Shown here one piece after another: positions 1 to 15,164 of a stretch of 64,000 nucleotides of DNA (its first letter is position 1; each line of letters opens with the position of its first letter). The stretch is from positions 124,001 through 188,000 of the forward strand of contig NIVC01000482.1 of assembly GCA_002269645.1 (NCBI GenBank), given 5' to 3'. The stretch comes from Macrostomum lignano (Eukaryota). The notes under the pieces are model-generated. The model had not been told where the DNA came from. It saw only the letters and a list, made by a program, of their open reading frames with translations, and ran no database searches. The translations under genes and the position numbers were made by a program.

Positions 1-936
1 CAGTAGTAAGTTAGTTAGTTAGTTAGTAACTTATATAAATTTCATGCTATCGAAATGAAATGAACCACTTCTCATGTACTTCCTAACACCTTAAATCCAG
101 GGCTTGCGGACGCCGCCAGAGCCCGCATGCACACACCGGTCTAGTGCCATTTTCACGCTTGTCCGCAGCGGAATTCTGCACGCCTTTTTGCCGTTCCAGA
201 TTTCTTTGCGAGTCCCTCCCATTCTTTGAGCTTGCCGCCAGCTGGCCAGAGCCCAGGCAGTTCTGGGGGAGAAGGAGAAGAAGCAAGTGGGAGGAGAGCT
301 ACGTCTTGGCCTGGGCGAAAAAAATTGGGAAAAATTGACGGTATCGTCTACTCTCCCAGGTCTTTTTCGCGTCATTCAAGCTCGCCCGCTATTCTAAGAA
401 ATCGGATCCCGACTCTCGGCTGTTGGAACAGCGCTGGACCTTCTCTGAGACGGGTTACGGGACCGCGGCCAGGGCGTCTCCTTCTCGCGGTCTCTTCTCT
501 CGCATCCGACTCACACTCTGACTCTCCCCCACAGAGTCGCGCCTATGTAGCGGAAATCTTTAGCTACCTCAGACGACGTCAAATGTAAGAACTGAGAGGA
601 ACGAGGAAAGCACTGCCTGCCTATTCTGGTTGGCTCTCGATCGCTCTCCCAGCCATCGAGTCCGACAGGCAGCCACCTCCGCAATGGGCTCTGAGGTCTG
701 CCGGTCATTGGGCCGCGCGGGTTTCTCTTCTGCAATCGCTTTTTGCCTTCTAGATTCTCCCCAGAGACGAGGAGAAATAGGAAAGGGGGATGAAAACATG
801 AGGAAAAAAAAGCACAGGGATTTAAAGAAAAATAGAAGAAAATATCAGGAGCATCAGCTGAAAGACGCCGCTTAGATAGACTACTAGGACGCTCTTGCTG
901 AATTCCCTGGCAAACCTCTGACTGCAACTAGTAGCG

Positions 937-3900
937 ATGTCGTCAACCAGCTACTGCCTGCCGAAAGACCTCAGTGTGATTGGGAATGTCACCGCGAATG
1001 GCACCGGCAGCTCTGCCGACGATGCCTTATCCGTGTACGAGGTGGTCTTCTACGCTTTGCTTGCCACCGCGGCCAGCGCCGTGACGGCGTTCGGCAATCT
1101 GCTGGTTCTGGTGTCTTTTCGCATCGACCGGCAGCTGCAGACGGTCAGCAACTATTACTTGATGTCTCTTGCGGTAGCCGATCTCCTCATAGGCTTTGTG
1201 TCGATGCCTATCTATACTGTCTACCTGTTGGTCACTTACTGGCCATTTGACATTATAGTGTGCAACCTGTACCTCTGCTTTGACTACACAATGTGTAACG
1301 CGTCTGTAGCCAGCCTCCTTATTATCTCCATTGACCGATACCGCTCGGTGACGAGTCCCCTTATCTACAGGAGCCAGCGAACTCCTAAACGCGCCCTGAT
1401 AATGATCACCTGTGCCTGGGTTGTCTCCATCATCCTATGGAGCCCCCTAATCATCTTATCTTCGGCCACTAAGGAGGACAAAGTTGCCACAGTCTGCCAG
1501 GTGGAGTTCATCAACGACAATCCCTACCTGACATTTTTCACGTCGATAATGGCATTTTTTCTTCCTGTAACCGTCATGACGATTTTGTATGTCCGCATCT
1601 TTCGCGAGACGAAAAAGCGCCAACGCGAGCTGCAGAGTCTTCAAGCCGGATGCGGCGGTGGCGGCGGAGGAGGATCCACAGCGGCGGCAGCATCGTCGAA
1701 CGACGAATCTCGCACGCGTCACCAAAGTCGACGTCGTCGCTTTGACGGCAGATCCTTACTGCGACGCTGCGTCCGCGGTTTAGTTGACAGCGACGACGAC
1801 GGGGGCAGCGGCGACAACAACAACGACGGAGACAGCGGCGGCGGCGTCGGCGGCGGAGCAGCCGTAACCGAGGAGGAAGCCGACTGCTGGGAGACTGTGC
1901 GCGAGGACCGGCCGGTGTTCACGCAACATTTCCCCAGGTCGACGTCGTATTTTCGAGTCAACTACCAGGCGGGCAGGCGAGGCAGACCGGCTGAATCTTC
2001 GCTGACGTCGCTGCCTGGAAATTCAACCTGTGAGTACGAGGCTTCACAGAAAGTGTGATGCAATTTTAAACGGTGCAATTAATTTCTGCTCAAAACGAGA
2101 TTTTGGCAGAGTTATCTATTTTACTAGGTGGAGTATTCAAAAGACCGTAAGCTCTGCAGAGCGTGCACTTTCTGTACGCAGTAATAATGGATATCCGAGA
2201 CGATTCGAACATATTCTTGAGTAGCGGCTTGGAAACCTGCCAGCTAATTCTTTTATTGTCTATTAAATCAATGGTGGTGATTTGAGAACCAGGCTCCGGC
2301 GGGTAATGCAAATGTATCAAATCATTCGCATTCAATCGTCATAATGTGCGAGCATTAAGTAGAAAGACTCAGAGACTTGTCATTCCAATATCCCTCCAAT
2401 CCCATTCGACAGATCCCGACATTGATGACAGAATCGAGGAGGTTGACGAACAGCAGGAGTGCCTGACGTATGTAGTTTGGATTCGCCTCCCGGATGCCAG
2501 CGGTCAGACGAGGATTCAATTGAGGTCAAAGCGAACAGCAGCTTCAAGTTCTGAGCAGCAACTGTCAACGAGGTTACTATTTTTTTTAAAAATCTGCTAA
2601 CTGTCTAATTTTCCGCTCAATTTACGATTTTTAGGTAATAAAAATTTCACGACCAATCATGACCAAATTTCTAGATGTATCATGGGACAGGAAGCGACAG
2701 GCAATATTCATTCGCGAGGACAGCAGCAACAGACGCCTCAACAGCAACAGCAGCAACAGGTGGCGATTGTAGTTGCTAACGCCTCCGCGTCATCTGCCGA
2801 CGCCTCTGCCGCAACCGGTGCAGCCGCCGCCGACGCCGACGCCGTGAGCCGATTTGACAGCGCAAAGTCGAACGCCACGGCTGACAGCGGCATCGACAGC
2901 ATCGGCGGCGGCGGCGACGGGCCGGCAGGTCTGCACCGGGTCGGCTCCCCACCGAAGCAGCCGGCTCCAACGTCTCGTCGACCGTCGCACGCCCAGCAGC
3001 AGCAGCAGACGCAGAAGCCGCAAGCAAACAGCGGGCCGAAGACCAGCAGCAGCTCCAACAGCAGCAAAAAGGAGACAAAAAACGAACAGAAGGCAGCCAA
3101 GACGCTGAGCGCTATTCTACTCGTGTTCATAGTCACCTGGATACCGTACAACGTGTTCACGCTGATCAGAGCGGTGTACAGGGCACACTGTCCGGACGAG
3201 TACTTTCGGCCGCTGATCCCTGACACACTGTACAATTTTGGTGAGAGATTTTACAGAGCATAGTAAACGTTTATTTATCACTCGTTCTTAGACGGCGAGA
3301 CTCATTACCATAGCTGTCAATGAATTCGTGAAGATAGGATGGGATGAGACGTAAAATCGTCGTTAAAAGAAAATAGAAACGTCATAAGTTACTTTACTAC
3401 CGTGTGCAGAACCTGCGATACGGGGCTGAAAGAAGAATTTATTTTTTTGAACCATATCGGGTTTTGTTTATGTTTCTCACGCAGGATCGTAGTATCGACA
3501 AGTACATTCGATGAAGCGTCCTTGATGAATAATTTGTACTCAAGTACCATCAGAAAACAAAATGGTTCCGAGAATGCGTGATACGCAAATATCTTCGTGA
3601 TTTACTAATTTCGAATTAAAATGCGGAAGAATCCTCACAACTAAGATGCAGTTGAGCATTCTCTGCAAGCTCTGAGAAAATGAAAAAGAATTCCTGGCAG
3701 TTCAGTAGAGAAAAAAGAATCGAAAGCTGCACCTGCGACCAGTCTCACGACGCCTCATCGCTCCGAACTTGCCAGCACCCTCACTCGCTCTCTCCTCCTA
3801 CGTGATTGCAGTTCGGATAAAGGAAAAAACTCAAAATAAAATTGTATCCGTTTTAAGCAGTAAAAGAAGGACAAAGTCCTTGGAGATTGTCGATCTGGCC

Positions 3901-4028
3901 GGAATGCAAGTAGAGAAAACTCGGACATTTTCACGCTTGAATGCCCTGACCGAGAAAGCTGACAGAGTCAGGGCCGAACCGATCCCATAGTTGACATTCT
4001 TCGAAGTGCCACTTCGCGTCTCTTCGAA

Positions 4029-4075
<47 letters not shown>

Positions 4076-4112
4076 CACTGAAGAGAGAGAGAGAGAGAGA
4101 GAGAGAGACACT

Positions 4113-4149
<37 letters not shown>

Positions 4150-5725
4150 GACGCTTTCAATTTCCGTCTGTCCTGCGGTCGCCTCCGGGCGTAGTCGAGC
4201 TCGTCTCGGGACGCGCTGTTGCGTGAAGAATGAGAAACGCCATCATTCTCTTCGCCTTTTCCCTGTCAGTTTCGAAACACTTGCTTCGGCATGTGCTGCT
4301 TTTTTGTACGATGTTTTTCCATTCTAGAAAGTCAGCTTAACTGCTTTCATGAGCTTTCTTAGTTCGCCTTCCAATCCTCTGGTATAGCAGCAGACACGGC
4401 AGCAGAACTTTCTCTGCAAAACGAGAGAGCAGAACTCAGGAAACTTCTTGTCGCCTCCCACGGTCTTACCGTTTCCTGTCTTCGCCTGTCTCTCGGCTTC
4501 CGTTCTGAGGGCGCGCGGTTTTTTTGTTTCAGTGTTGCTATTGACTTTGTGGGAGGGGGGAGTTTGAGGAATTCTGGGACGATGAGGCGTCAATCTTGAC
4601 TGGCGAAGGCAAACAGCGTCTCCAGTTATTGATCTATTGATAGGATTTTTCTACAGGAAGCTGCGAGCCAAGAAGCGAAGCTATTTTTAACGTCTAAACG
4701 TCCTTGGAGCTAAAAAAACGGCAGGTGCCGAATAACTTTGGAAGCATCTCAGACATGAAATTCCAGCTTCTTCGGCTGGTTGGCAGTCCGAGAGGGCGCC
4801 AACTCAGACAAGGAGGTTGTTGGAAGCCTCCTGCTGCATCAACTGAGGACAGCTGAAGGAGCGCCCAGCGCCAGGAGCCGGAGACGGCAGCAATATATGC
4901 TTTCCCAGGAGAGTGGGGCATGCGCCGGCTTCAAATTTTCTTTTATAAGACGGGACCATTCCTAACCGATCTCATGATCCAAGCCTATATGAGATTTCTG
5001 GCTAGAGAAAAAAAACTCACCACTGCCTGCCTTTCAGAAGTGGCTCAAAGACTGCTTGACAGGCACTCCATGCGCGGGAAGTGCACAGAGTCCTGTACCT
5101 GGGACACAAAATTTTTGGTCTTTCTCTTTTTTCCTTCGTTTTTTGTCCCTAAACTTAGCCCCCCCCCGTCAGCGGTGCTGCAGGGAAACCAACCGCAGCC
5201 GTGCTAGTCCACACCCCGTGTTGCCATTTTGCTCCAGGGCCAACCTTTTTCACTCCCCCAGCCACCGCAGGCCGTTAATTTTTCACTGCCTCCCTAATTC
5301 TGCCTGGGTGACCCTCATTCCAGCTGCAGTCCGCAGCCCTCTGTGTGCGTGTTCGAATTCCTTCATGGCCAAGAACTATTTGCAGCTCCTCATTTACTTT
5401 TTGCACCTATTGGCTACCCTACAATGTCCCCTGGGCTAGTAGAAAGTCCAGGTTTGGTTTTTGTGAAAAACTTCGTCACAAATCTTACGCGTTCGCTTTC
5501 CTTCCACGCGACTTTCCAGGCTACTGGCTGTGCTACCTGAACTCGACCATGAATCCAGTCTGTTACGCTCTTTGCAACGCTAATTTTCGTCGGACATTCT
5601 GGAAAATTCTCACCTGCAAGAGTCGGAAGCGACGCACACTGCGCCATCTTGGCCAAGGTTTGTACAGCCATACGCGCGTTGTGCACGCGGTGGCACCGAC
5701 TGCGGGCACGCGTCAGCCACGCTGA
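937..5725 (+). CDS. mAChR: Muscarinic acetylcholine receptor (class A GPCR), 4 exons: 937-2029, 2413-2467, 2675-3240, 5520-5725; 639 aa
   Basis: TM3 [16 protein letters not shown]; TM5 [12 protein letters not shown]; TM6 [22 protein letters not shown]; TM7 [24 protein letters not shown] junctions have matching phases (1,2,1) and total 1920 nt. Long low-complexity third intracellular loop. The 55-nt exon is the least certain part. Confidence 0.93.
4029..4157. repeat. (AG)n microsatellite with GTGACACTGA-type interruptions, in mAChR intron 3
   Basis: Read directly from the sequence. Confidence 0.95.
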
Positions 5726-6578
5726 CCAATCAGAGAGAGCAAGAGAGAGAGAGGGGGATAGAGCTGAATAGCGACCCGCTTTGTTTTCTACCCCTAACCC
5801 TAACATTCTTTTTCTAGTCTAACCCTCAGCTATGCGTACATTTGGCGTACAAGCCTGCTGCACCACCACCTCACTGAAACTCTAACCCACACGAAAAGTT
5901 TAAAACTGAGTTTTGACTGAGTTACACTTTATTAACTCTTATTTATTGATAATTTACTTGACCTAATAAGCATATAACTAATTATAATTATAACTATTTT
6001 TCACCTAATTATACCGACTGCACGGATGGTTTTATTGGCTCGCTCTTATCGCTGAGTTTTGATTATCAAATCAAATAGATTCAATGGTAATTACTCCATT
6101 ATTATTTCGTTTTTATAATTAAAGATCTACTATGAGACCCCCAAATTTGGCAGATGGGACTTCCATTCTTAACAAAAGCCATTGTGAATATATCAATATG
6201 GTTTTTCCTGTCTATACATTTACTTACCGTCTGTTATGACTGCAGTTTAATTGACTGTAAATAATTATTTGCGTGCCTTTGAATACGAGCTGAGAATAAT
6301 TGATTAAAGCATATTTTAGCTTGACAAGCCTGTCTTTGATAGGGCTAGAATTTTGTGTTATTTTATTTCGGATATTATAATGAAACACCTGCGTTAACCT
6401 GCACAAATAATTATAAAATTATCTTTTTAACCTACACCAACGTTTGTGTTTCGCTTTATTTTATTCCTGCATACCTTCCTTCTGGTTGCATCATGCATTC
6501 GGTTTGATGCATGGCGTTTGCTGACATGACTGGTTATTACTGCACCGTGCACGATCCTCGTACTAACGGGAATAAAAA

Positions 6579-7125
<547 letters not shown>

Positions 7126-7796
7126 TTCAATTTCTTCCATTAACTCAAGAAGTTGGGCTGACTTTCTCTAAATTTGGGCTGACATCTGAGCCTCTATTTA
7201 GAGACGCTCGTAGTCCGCCTGCCTGTCTGTCTTTCTTTCGGCAGCGCAGTGCAGCTTTCATCATACAGCCCCCTTCTGTCCGCTTCCATTCAGCTGGACC
7301 ACGGGCTTTGTGTCGGGCCGGGGCGCGCCACTGCCACTGCCCAGGAGTCGCCGCAGCCTCCTCTTTATGGTTTGCCCAAGGCCTCGGCTTCCCAAAACAG
7401 CTTTTGTTGTTAGTAGGCCTCCATGGCAGTGGCTTTCAACTTTTCCCCGTTTCCCAATCCTGTCCGCCCTACCTTGTCGCAGATTCTGCGTGCCCAACTG
7501 CGCCTCAACTGGCTTTGAAAAACTCTTTCTGGGATTTCTGGGCTGATGTTCGGGCCGCTTGGCTGCTTGGCTGGGTTGAACCAACAGCCGAAATTGACGA
7601 CGTAATTTCGTGCGTTTATTTTTAACTCGGAAACGGCATCAGCTGGCCGACCGGCTAATCTCAAACAAAAACAGAGAAAAGATGGCGATAGAGAAATTTA
7701 AAAGAATGCAGATTAAAGGATCTGAAGGATTTGTTGGGGAAAGAAAGTTCTGGATAAACTTATGACTGGAAGGGGTGCAGAGAAACATATGGGTAG

Positions 7797-8222
7797 CGGA
7801 GATGGATGCAGGGACGGGAGATGGATGCAGGGAGGGGAGATGGATGCAGGGAGGGGAGACGGATGCAGGGAGGGGAGATGGATGCAGGGAGGGGAGACGG
7901 ATGCAGGGAGGGGAAATTGATGCAGGGAGGAGAGATGGATGCAGGGAGGGGAGATGGATGCAGAGAGGGGAGATGGATGCAGGGAGGGGAGATTGATGCA
8001 GGGAGGAGAGATGGATGCAGGGAGGGGAGATGGATGTAGGGAGGGGAGATGGATGCAGGGAGGGGAGACGGATGCAGGGAGGGGAGATTGATGCAGGGAG
8101 GGGAGATGGATGCAGGGAGGGGAGATGGATGCAGGGAGGGGAGATGGATGCAGGGAGGGGAGATGGATGCAGGGAGGGGAGATGGATGCAGGGAGGGGAG
8201 ATGGATGTAGGAAAAGATGGAT
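7797..8222. repeat. 19-bp minisatellite (GGAGATGGATGCAGGGAGG)n
   Basis: About 22 near-identical units read directly. Confidence 0.95.
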
Positions 8223-8982
8223 GTATGGGCACAAGAGCAGCGTGTACGAGGCAAAAGCTCTAGCTAATGAGAGCCCTGCACGATCATGCAGCCAAGTGAT
8301 TTTGTTTCCAAGAAAGCAACAGAACAAAGCATCAGAACCTCTTGGCGCCCGCTGCCACCAACTGTGCCATTGCGTGCGACCTGCGCGCGTCAAAGTTTGC
8401 AATTAAAACTTTCTGGAGGAGCGAGCTATCCTCTGCCACTAGGCGGATGGCAGAGGTCGAGCCCCAGCCTCTCTCGGGACACTAACCTGAAACCCGTCAG
8501 TTTGCGGCGCAGCTGAGCGGAACCTAATGATGGCGAGGGTGACGGGCCGGGGGCTCTCGGCTCCGTCATTTTCTGCGGCCGATTTCCCCGGATCCCTTTG
8601 GGTTTCTCCTCTCTCGGCGGCCAGGATTTCTTCTATTAGCGAACTTTTACCGATCGCTTCGCTCGGCCGCTTTTGCTTTGCCTTACCTTATGCCGTCTGG
8701 CGGCTCTGCTTCGAGAAGAAGAGGGTTGGGGGTTGGGTGCTCTCTAAAAAAGTTAAAGATTTCGCATGTCAACTCGTCTGAATGACTTTGGCCAACCTTG
8801 AATGACTGGCTGGCTGGGAGAAAGCAGGGCTCAAGTCAGAGCTGATGTCAAAAAATCACCCATGCATCAGCTGCTGGGATGACTCAAGCATGAGAAGTGG
8901 CCCAACTCTTCAGCTTCACCTGCATCTTCCCTGGCTTCTCAACTTGCTTAGATATTTATGTGTGAATTGCTCAGTACACTAC

Positions 8983-9571
<589 letters not shown>

Positions 9572-11400
9572 CAACTATTTATTTAAGGTCCAAAGGTGAT
9601 CAGCTGAGGTGCCGGAACCGACCAGTTCTGGTGAAGCGCCCCAGGCTTAATTCGGTTCCCATTTAACGGACAAACAGACCTCATATTATATGTGCAATAC
9701 ATTTTTATAACTTTACTTGTAAAAATAAAAGAGTTACGTAAATATTCTCGCCAGAGCTGCTGCTTCGAGTAGCAGAACAGTTTCAGACAGACTGAATCGC
9801 TTGTACTTTATAATATATGCTTCATACTGGACTGCCCTTTGTTTTCATCATCAATTCATTTCCTAAAAGCAGCAACCAGAAGCACGCCGGTTGTGTGCTT
9901 CGCCGTTCTCTCAAGTGCTGCCCGAAATTAATTCAGCATTCAAAAACTCTGAGAAGAGTTGGCCGCCAGATTTTGACTCAGAAGAACATGCAGCCACACA
10001 CACCCAAATAATTGATCTCCACTTGTGGGCGAGGCTGGTCTCTCTCCCAGATTTCCTACAGCTTTCGCTGAGCGATGCAATCTTTAAATAGGGAAATTGT
10101 GTGTGTGAGAGAGAGAGAGGAGAGATGGAGCTTTATGGCCTGGAGACTAAAATCTGGCAGACCGGTCCTGAGTTCATCGATAACGTTTTATTGAATGCGC
10201 TGGCCTCCAGCAGCTGCTCTCTCCTGCTGTGCAGCTCTTGAGGGCACTTGAGGATCGGGCCGTGCGTGGGGGGGGGGGGGTAGCTATGAGACTAGTAGGG
10301 GTGGCAAAGAAGACTCTTGGCCAAGTATTTCTAATTGGTTACATGTAACTCAAAGGTTTACTGCTGGCTTCATTTATTGATTAATTTTAATCAACGATGA
10401 TTTCCTGTTCATTTCTGTTCTGTTAGGCTCCATGCAAGCTCATGACGTGCTAAAATATGTCTCTATTTTTAACCGAGAAACTGTTTTATAAGCCATACTG
10501 AGCTGCCAATTAATTGTCATTCTGGTTTTATTGAATGCTACTCCCTTCAAGCTGAAGCTAAAAGGTCACTCAGACACTGCCTGGCTCAAACGCAAGAATT
10601 AAAGCGATTCCAATGGACTGGAGAGTTCTAAGTCAGAAAGTGCCTCCGAGAGTCCGTTCCCCTGTGGCTCGACCTCCCCCCCCCATGTTCCAGCAAGGCG
10701 ACCTTTGAGCCACTCGAGCGAGTCCGTCACCTATGATTTGATCAGGCAAATCATAACTGGATTATGGGACTCAACTGGGCCGTGCTGGGAGACGCCAACG
10801 TGGGGCAGTCTGAAGGATTGACTTTCCCGGACTCGAAATCGGCGGTCTCAAAGTCTCGGCTTGAGCTGCCCATCGGTCTTCGTTCAAGTGCCGCTTAAGG
10901 TGTGCGAGAGAATAATGGAGAATAATGACGATTCTTCAATGAGTCAGTTGAGGCCCTCTTCTAAGCTTACTTTCCCAGACGGCTGAGTTGCGCCACTGTC
11001 GGAGAACTTGAGCAGTTCTCTGCAATCTGACTGTCGGTTGTCTGGTTAAAAAATTTCTGAAACCTTGACCCCCGGATTTTGTACTTCAGTGTTTTTTGGG
11101 ACACTTTGATCCCGAGTTAATTGGGAAAATAAACCGGCAAATACTGCCTCCAGAAGCCTGTGTGGAGCGACGAATCAGTGGGGGGCGCCACGGTCCCCTA
11201 CATCCAAGGCTACAGAGCTTCGAGCCTTGCTCAAGGATGCCTAGCTGGACACTGTCTTGGCTTTAGCCTTCTAAACCACTGAAGCGTTTTCGCCATTTGC
11301 TCTTCTTAAAGCAATGTTGAAATTTTAGCTGGGGAAAAGTTTTAGGTCTTGAATTTATTTGGCACGCAAAGTCCCGATCATCTAGCTGTCTGTGTATCTA

Positions 11401-11437
<37 letters not shown>

Positions 11438-12297
11438 GCTTCTTTCAGTACCGAGAGCCGGGTTTGACTTTTTCACAGTCTTCAAAGCAAGTCTTTTCGT
11501 TATTTTCTCGCTTCGCTGCGCCGGCAACTTTGAAAGGAGAAACGGCGGCTCTCTTTCTTTTCGAGGGGAAGAACCGAAAAATCGTGCTGATCCAGTCTGA
11601 CCAATTCCAGCCCGTAACACTCTGGATATGCTACTTGAAGTTGAAAGTAGCAATGTGAGCAAAGTAGCAACCAGACATTATCTACGATAAATGATGCTTG
11701 TTACAAGAACTGATGTTGCATGCCTGACTTGCAAGTAAATCTACGTACGGCAGGTAGAGCTCATTAGTTGGTTCGACATCAGTTTGAATGCAGTGCAGGT
11801 GAATGCTGAGTTGAAAGGAATTCCTGAATTACAATTCAGCCCCCCAATAGCTATCCTTAGATAGAAAGCGAATAAAATTTCCAACAAGACAGGCTGCCCC
11901 TATTTCTCTCGGGTTCCCTAGTCAGGGAATAATGAGCCCTGTTCCACCTTAGCTGCTCTACGTCATAAGCTAAAGGATTTTCCTCAGACAATATGAGAAG
12001 AGATGAGGTTTTTAAATGAATAGAGAGTATAGAGGAGACTCGTGCTGCATGGGGGGACGACCTGACTTTGCTTGGCTTCCAAGTCGTGTAATATTGTATG
12101 AAAATGCTGCACAGATCTGCTGTGCAGGCTATCGGAACAGATCGATATAAGAGTGCACCTGTTTGCACCTATCACTACTCCTACGATCGTAATTATAGGT
12201 TGGTAATCAACTTGCATCCAGTTTTCAGTTCGCCTGCACTTAAACTGCTTGACTATTTGTGTTTAGTGATTTCACCACAGAAAGTGTGAGCTTTTAG

Positions 12298-12496
12298 ATG
12301 TATGCATGTATGTATGTATGTATGTATGCATGTATGTATGTATGTATGTATGTATGTATGTATGTATGTATGCATGTATGTATGTATGTATGTATGCATG
12401 TATGTATGTATGTATGTATGTATGTATGTATGTATGCATGTATGTATGTATGTATGTATGTATGTATGTATGTATGTATGTATGTATGTATGTATG
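12298..12496. repeat. (ATGT)n microsatellite with ATGC variants
   Basis: Read directly. Confidence 0.97.
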
Positions 12497-15164
12497 AATT
12501 TAATTGAAAGCATCTATCTATCTCAACTACAATTACGAATTAGAAACTCGGAAAAAAACTATAAATTTGATATAATACTACACTTTAAGCTAAAATTTAC
12601 TAAAAATTAATTCACTGTTCTCCATCTGAAGTCCATCATGAATCCCCTTAAAAAGTTTCACGATGGAAGGGGCTTCATAAATCAACGAGTGTTGCCTGAT
12701 TGTCCGAAATGCTCCCAGATCTATTAATAACTGCATGGCCTCCCCGCTCTCAGCTGCCGCAAGAGCATCACGGAAGTGACGGTTCCCTGTCGACTTTTTA
12801 GCGGCTAAATTTGTTATACCGTTAGACCAAGCCGCTGTGAGGTACCGACCGCATGCAAGGCTGCTGGCTGTAAGTGCAGTCAGCCAATGAGAGCCGCCTG
12901 AGTAGGCGGTTCCCTTATTATTTCTCTTCTATGCAGTCAGGCCAGACGATAGGGTGAGAAGAGGGAAGGAGACTCATGCCGGATCCGTGATGCGCGCGGA
13001 AGATATGAATTGTGCCGATAAGTACTAAAGCCACTCTTGGCTTTGTTGACTCGCGAAACCGGTCGTTTCCTCGCCCAACAGGACTTTTGCGGAGAAGCGT
13101 TCAAAGCGAAACTGTGAGTTTATCTTCGCTTCTTCTCTTGTGCTAATTATTTGCGCTTGCATGTGATCAGGAGTCAACGGCCTCCTGAGGCAGAATAGCC
13201 TCGGCGTTGGTTGCATGATGATGTCAGCAAAGGCGTTGCGCCAGTGTGCCTGCAACCAGGATAAAAACAGGAAAAACAGGACCGAGAGTTGAGTTAAACT
13301 GACAAGGGCCGACTTCCGATTAAACTGTTGAATAGAGCCTGGGATCGTGTCCTAATTATTTCAATCATTAATTTTCCATTACGGATATGAATTTTTTCGC
13401 CCGAATCCTTGATTTGTAACCAAGAGATCCGAGATATATTTTTTACAGTTAGGAAATAAAATTTCGTCACGGGATCTAGGCTTAAATCAATAACAATAAT
13501 TAGCGACTCAAATTGCAAAAATGGGAGCTAAAACGGGGCTTATCTCTCACACAGCTCAGGCCCATCTCTTGATGAAGAAATGTTGAAACTGGCCGATAAG
13601 CGCACCTACAGGCACCCAACACTTTCCTACACAGCAAATTTCGATTTGGTACGAGCTTGCAAAAACAGATTAACAAATCTTTTGACTAACACACCTGGGC
13701 AATTTCTGAGAATTATGGCAACTATGATACACAAACCTTTCTTAGAAACAGATCTAGCTGTGATAAACACAGCTTGGCACTTTCCGAGAGACTTATCTCA
13801 ACTATCTGTGATAAACACAGCTCAATTATCCATCCATGTTTCCGTAAAAACACATTTCAACACCCTTTTAGTAGCGCATGCATTTCAACTCTACCATTTC
13901 TGAGACCCAGATCGTGAACACTGCCAGTTACTCTGAACTTGTTCCTGGTTGTTAGAAAAGTACAGCGTTGTAGATTTTCCGCGGCCTGCGGGACGAAAGA
14001 ATCGAAATCGGAGGCTTAACTGCATCATCTTACTAAGCTAAGCGATAGCGTCTTGTCGATAGCCGTTCGCCATCGTTGGAGTTGCAGTTCTCTATCAGTC
14101 CACTTGATGCTCCCTTGACATATACTGCCTATACTCGTAGCATAAGGCGAGATTTCTGTAGAGTATCTCGCTATCTGCCTCTTTATTTGATCTCGCACCG
14201 AACACGACCCGCTTCTCCAGTCATCCGTTGGAGAAGCTCTCATTTCTCAGCCCACTCGCTACATCACAAGAGACAATCGGCTAAAAAGAGACTCACGAAG
14301 AGCTGCTTCCTGATCGAGGCAAAAGGCTCAACAAGCCGCTAGAATGTCACGGATATGCTATTTTTAGTTTATGGAAGATGCACTTTAAGAGTTTGCACTG
14401 GCTGGAGGAACAGAGCTTTCCAGTCAATTAGTTAATCAAGACAGTAGGGACTGAGAGTAAGTCTTAATCTATCAAATCGAGCTCTCGACAAAGATAAGCC
14501 ACACTTAGTAATTTGTATTCCTTTACTCTTTAGTAGGACAAGCCTCTAAGAATATCAGGATATACAGTGTACAGGCACTCAAACTTGTGTACTATGATTC
14601 AGTGGCATATGCAGTTGAAGGTTGAGTGTGCTGAGTCGCGCGCGAACATGTACTACCACATTTGAGCGCCTAGTCGAAAAATAAACTACCGAGTATTTTC
14701 CAATTTTAATAGTTGGAATGCCAAGCCATTTTGTCCGCCCGTCAAGACCACACGTCAGACCAAATGTGTCTGCATCAGCTCTATGCTCGTTGGTCTGTGG
14801 CCACTTGTGCTACCTGTGCCACACGTTGAAGGTCTAGAAGCTCCGCTTGGGGAAGGCTAGTGACCAACGATGTCAGAACTGATGCAGACACGTGTGGTCC
14901 ACGTGCTGATGAAATTTTCCGGCTTGAAAAGGCCGCACTGAGGCGCAGTGCTGTATTGAACACACTAGCGCTTATGGGAAAAAATCCGACCTTCTGGTAG
15001 AATCGTTGAATATCTCGACGGTCCAGAGGGCTTGGCGACTTGATTCTTGCTTGAGAAGGTGCTTAAATAGCTTTACTTTTGTTGAAATGCAATGAATGCA
15101 ATCTTTTCTTGGATATTTTTTGTATCGGTCTTTTAATAAACCGATTTTCAGCTGCTCCGACTTC

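Noticed and set aside
83-927. Short overlapping ORFs upstream of mAChR, and antisense ORFs over real exons throughout the window
   Set aside because: No motifs. They are explained by GC-rich UTR sequence or as shadows of coding exons.
5788-5828. Interstitial telomeric repeat (CCCTAA)
   Set aside because: Only about two units, compatible with chance.
13335-13485. Possible MITE with GCCTGGGATCGTGTC / GTCACGGGATCTAGGC ends
   Set aside because: The inverted match is too short and imperfect, and no target duplication is visible.
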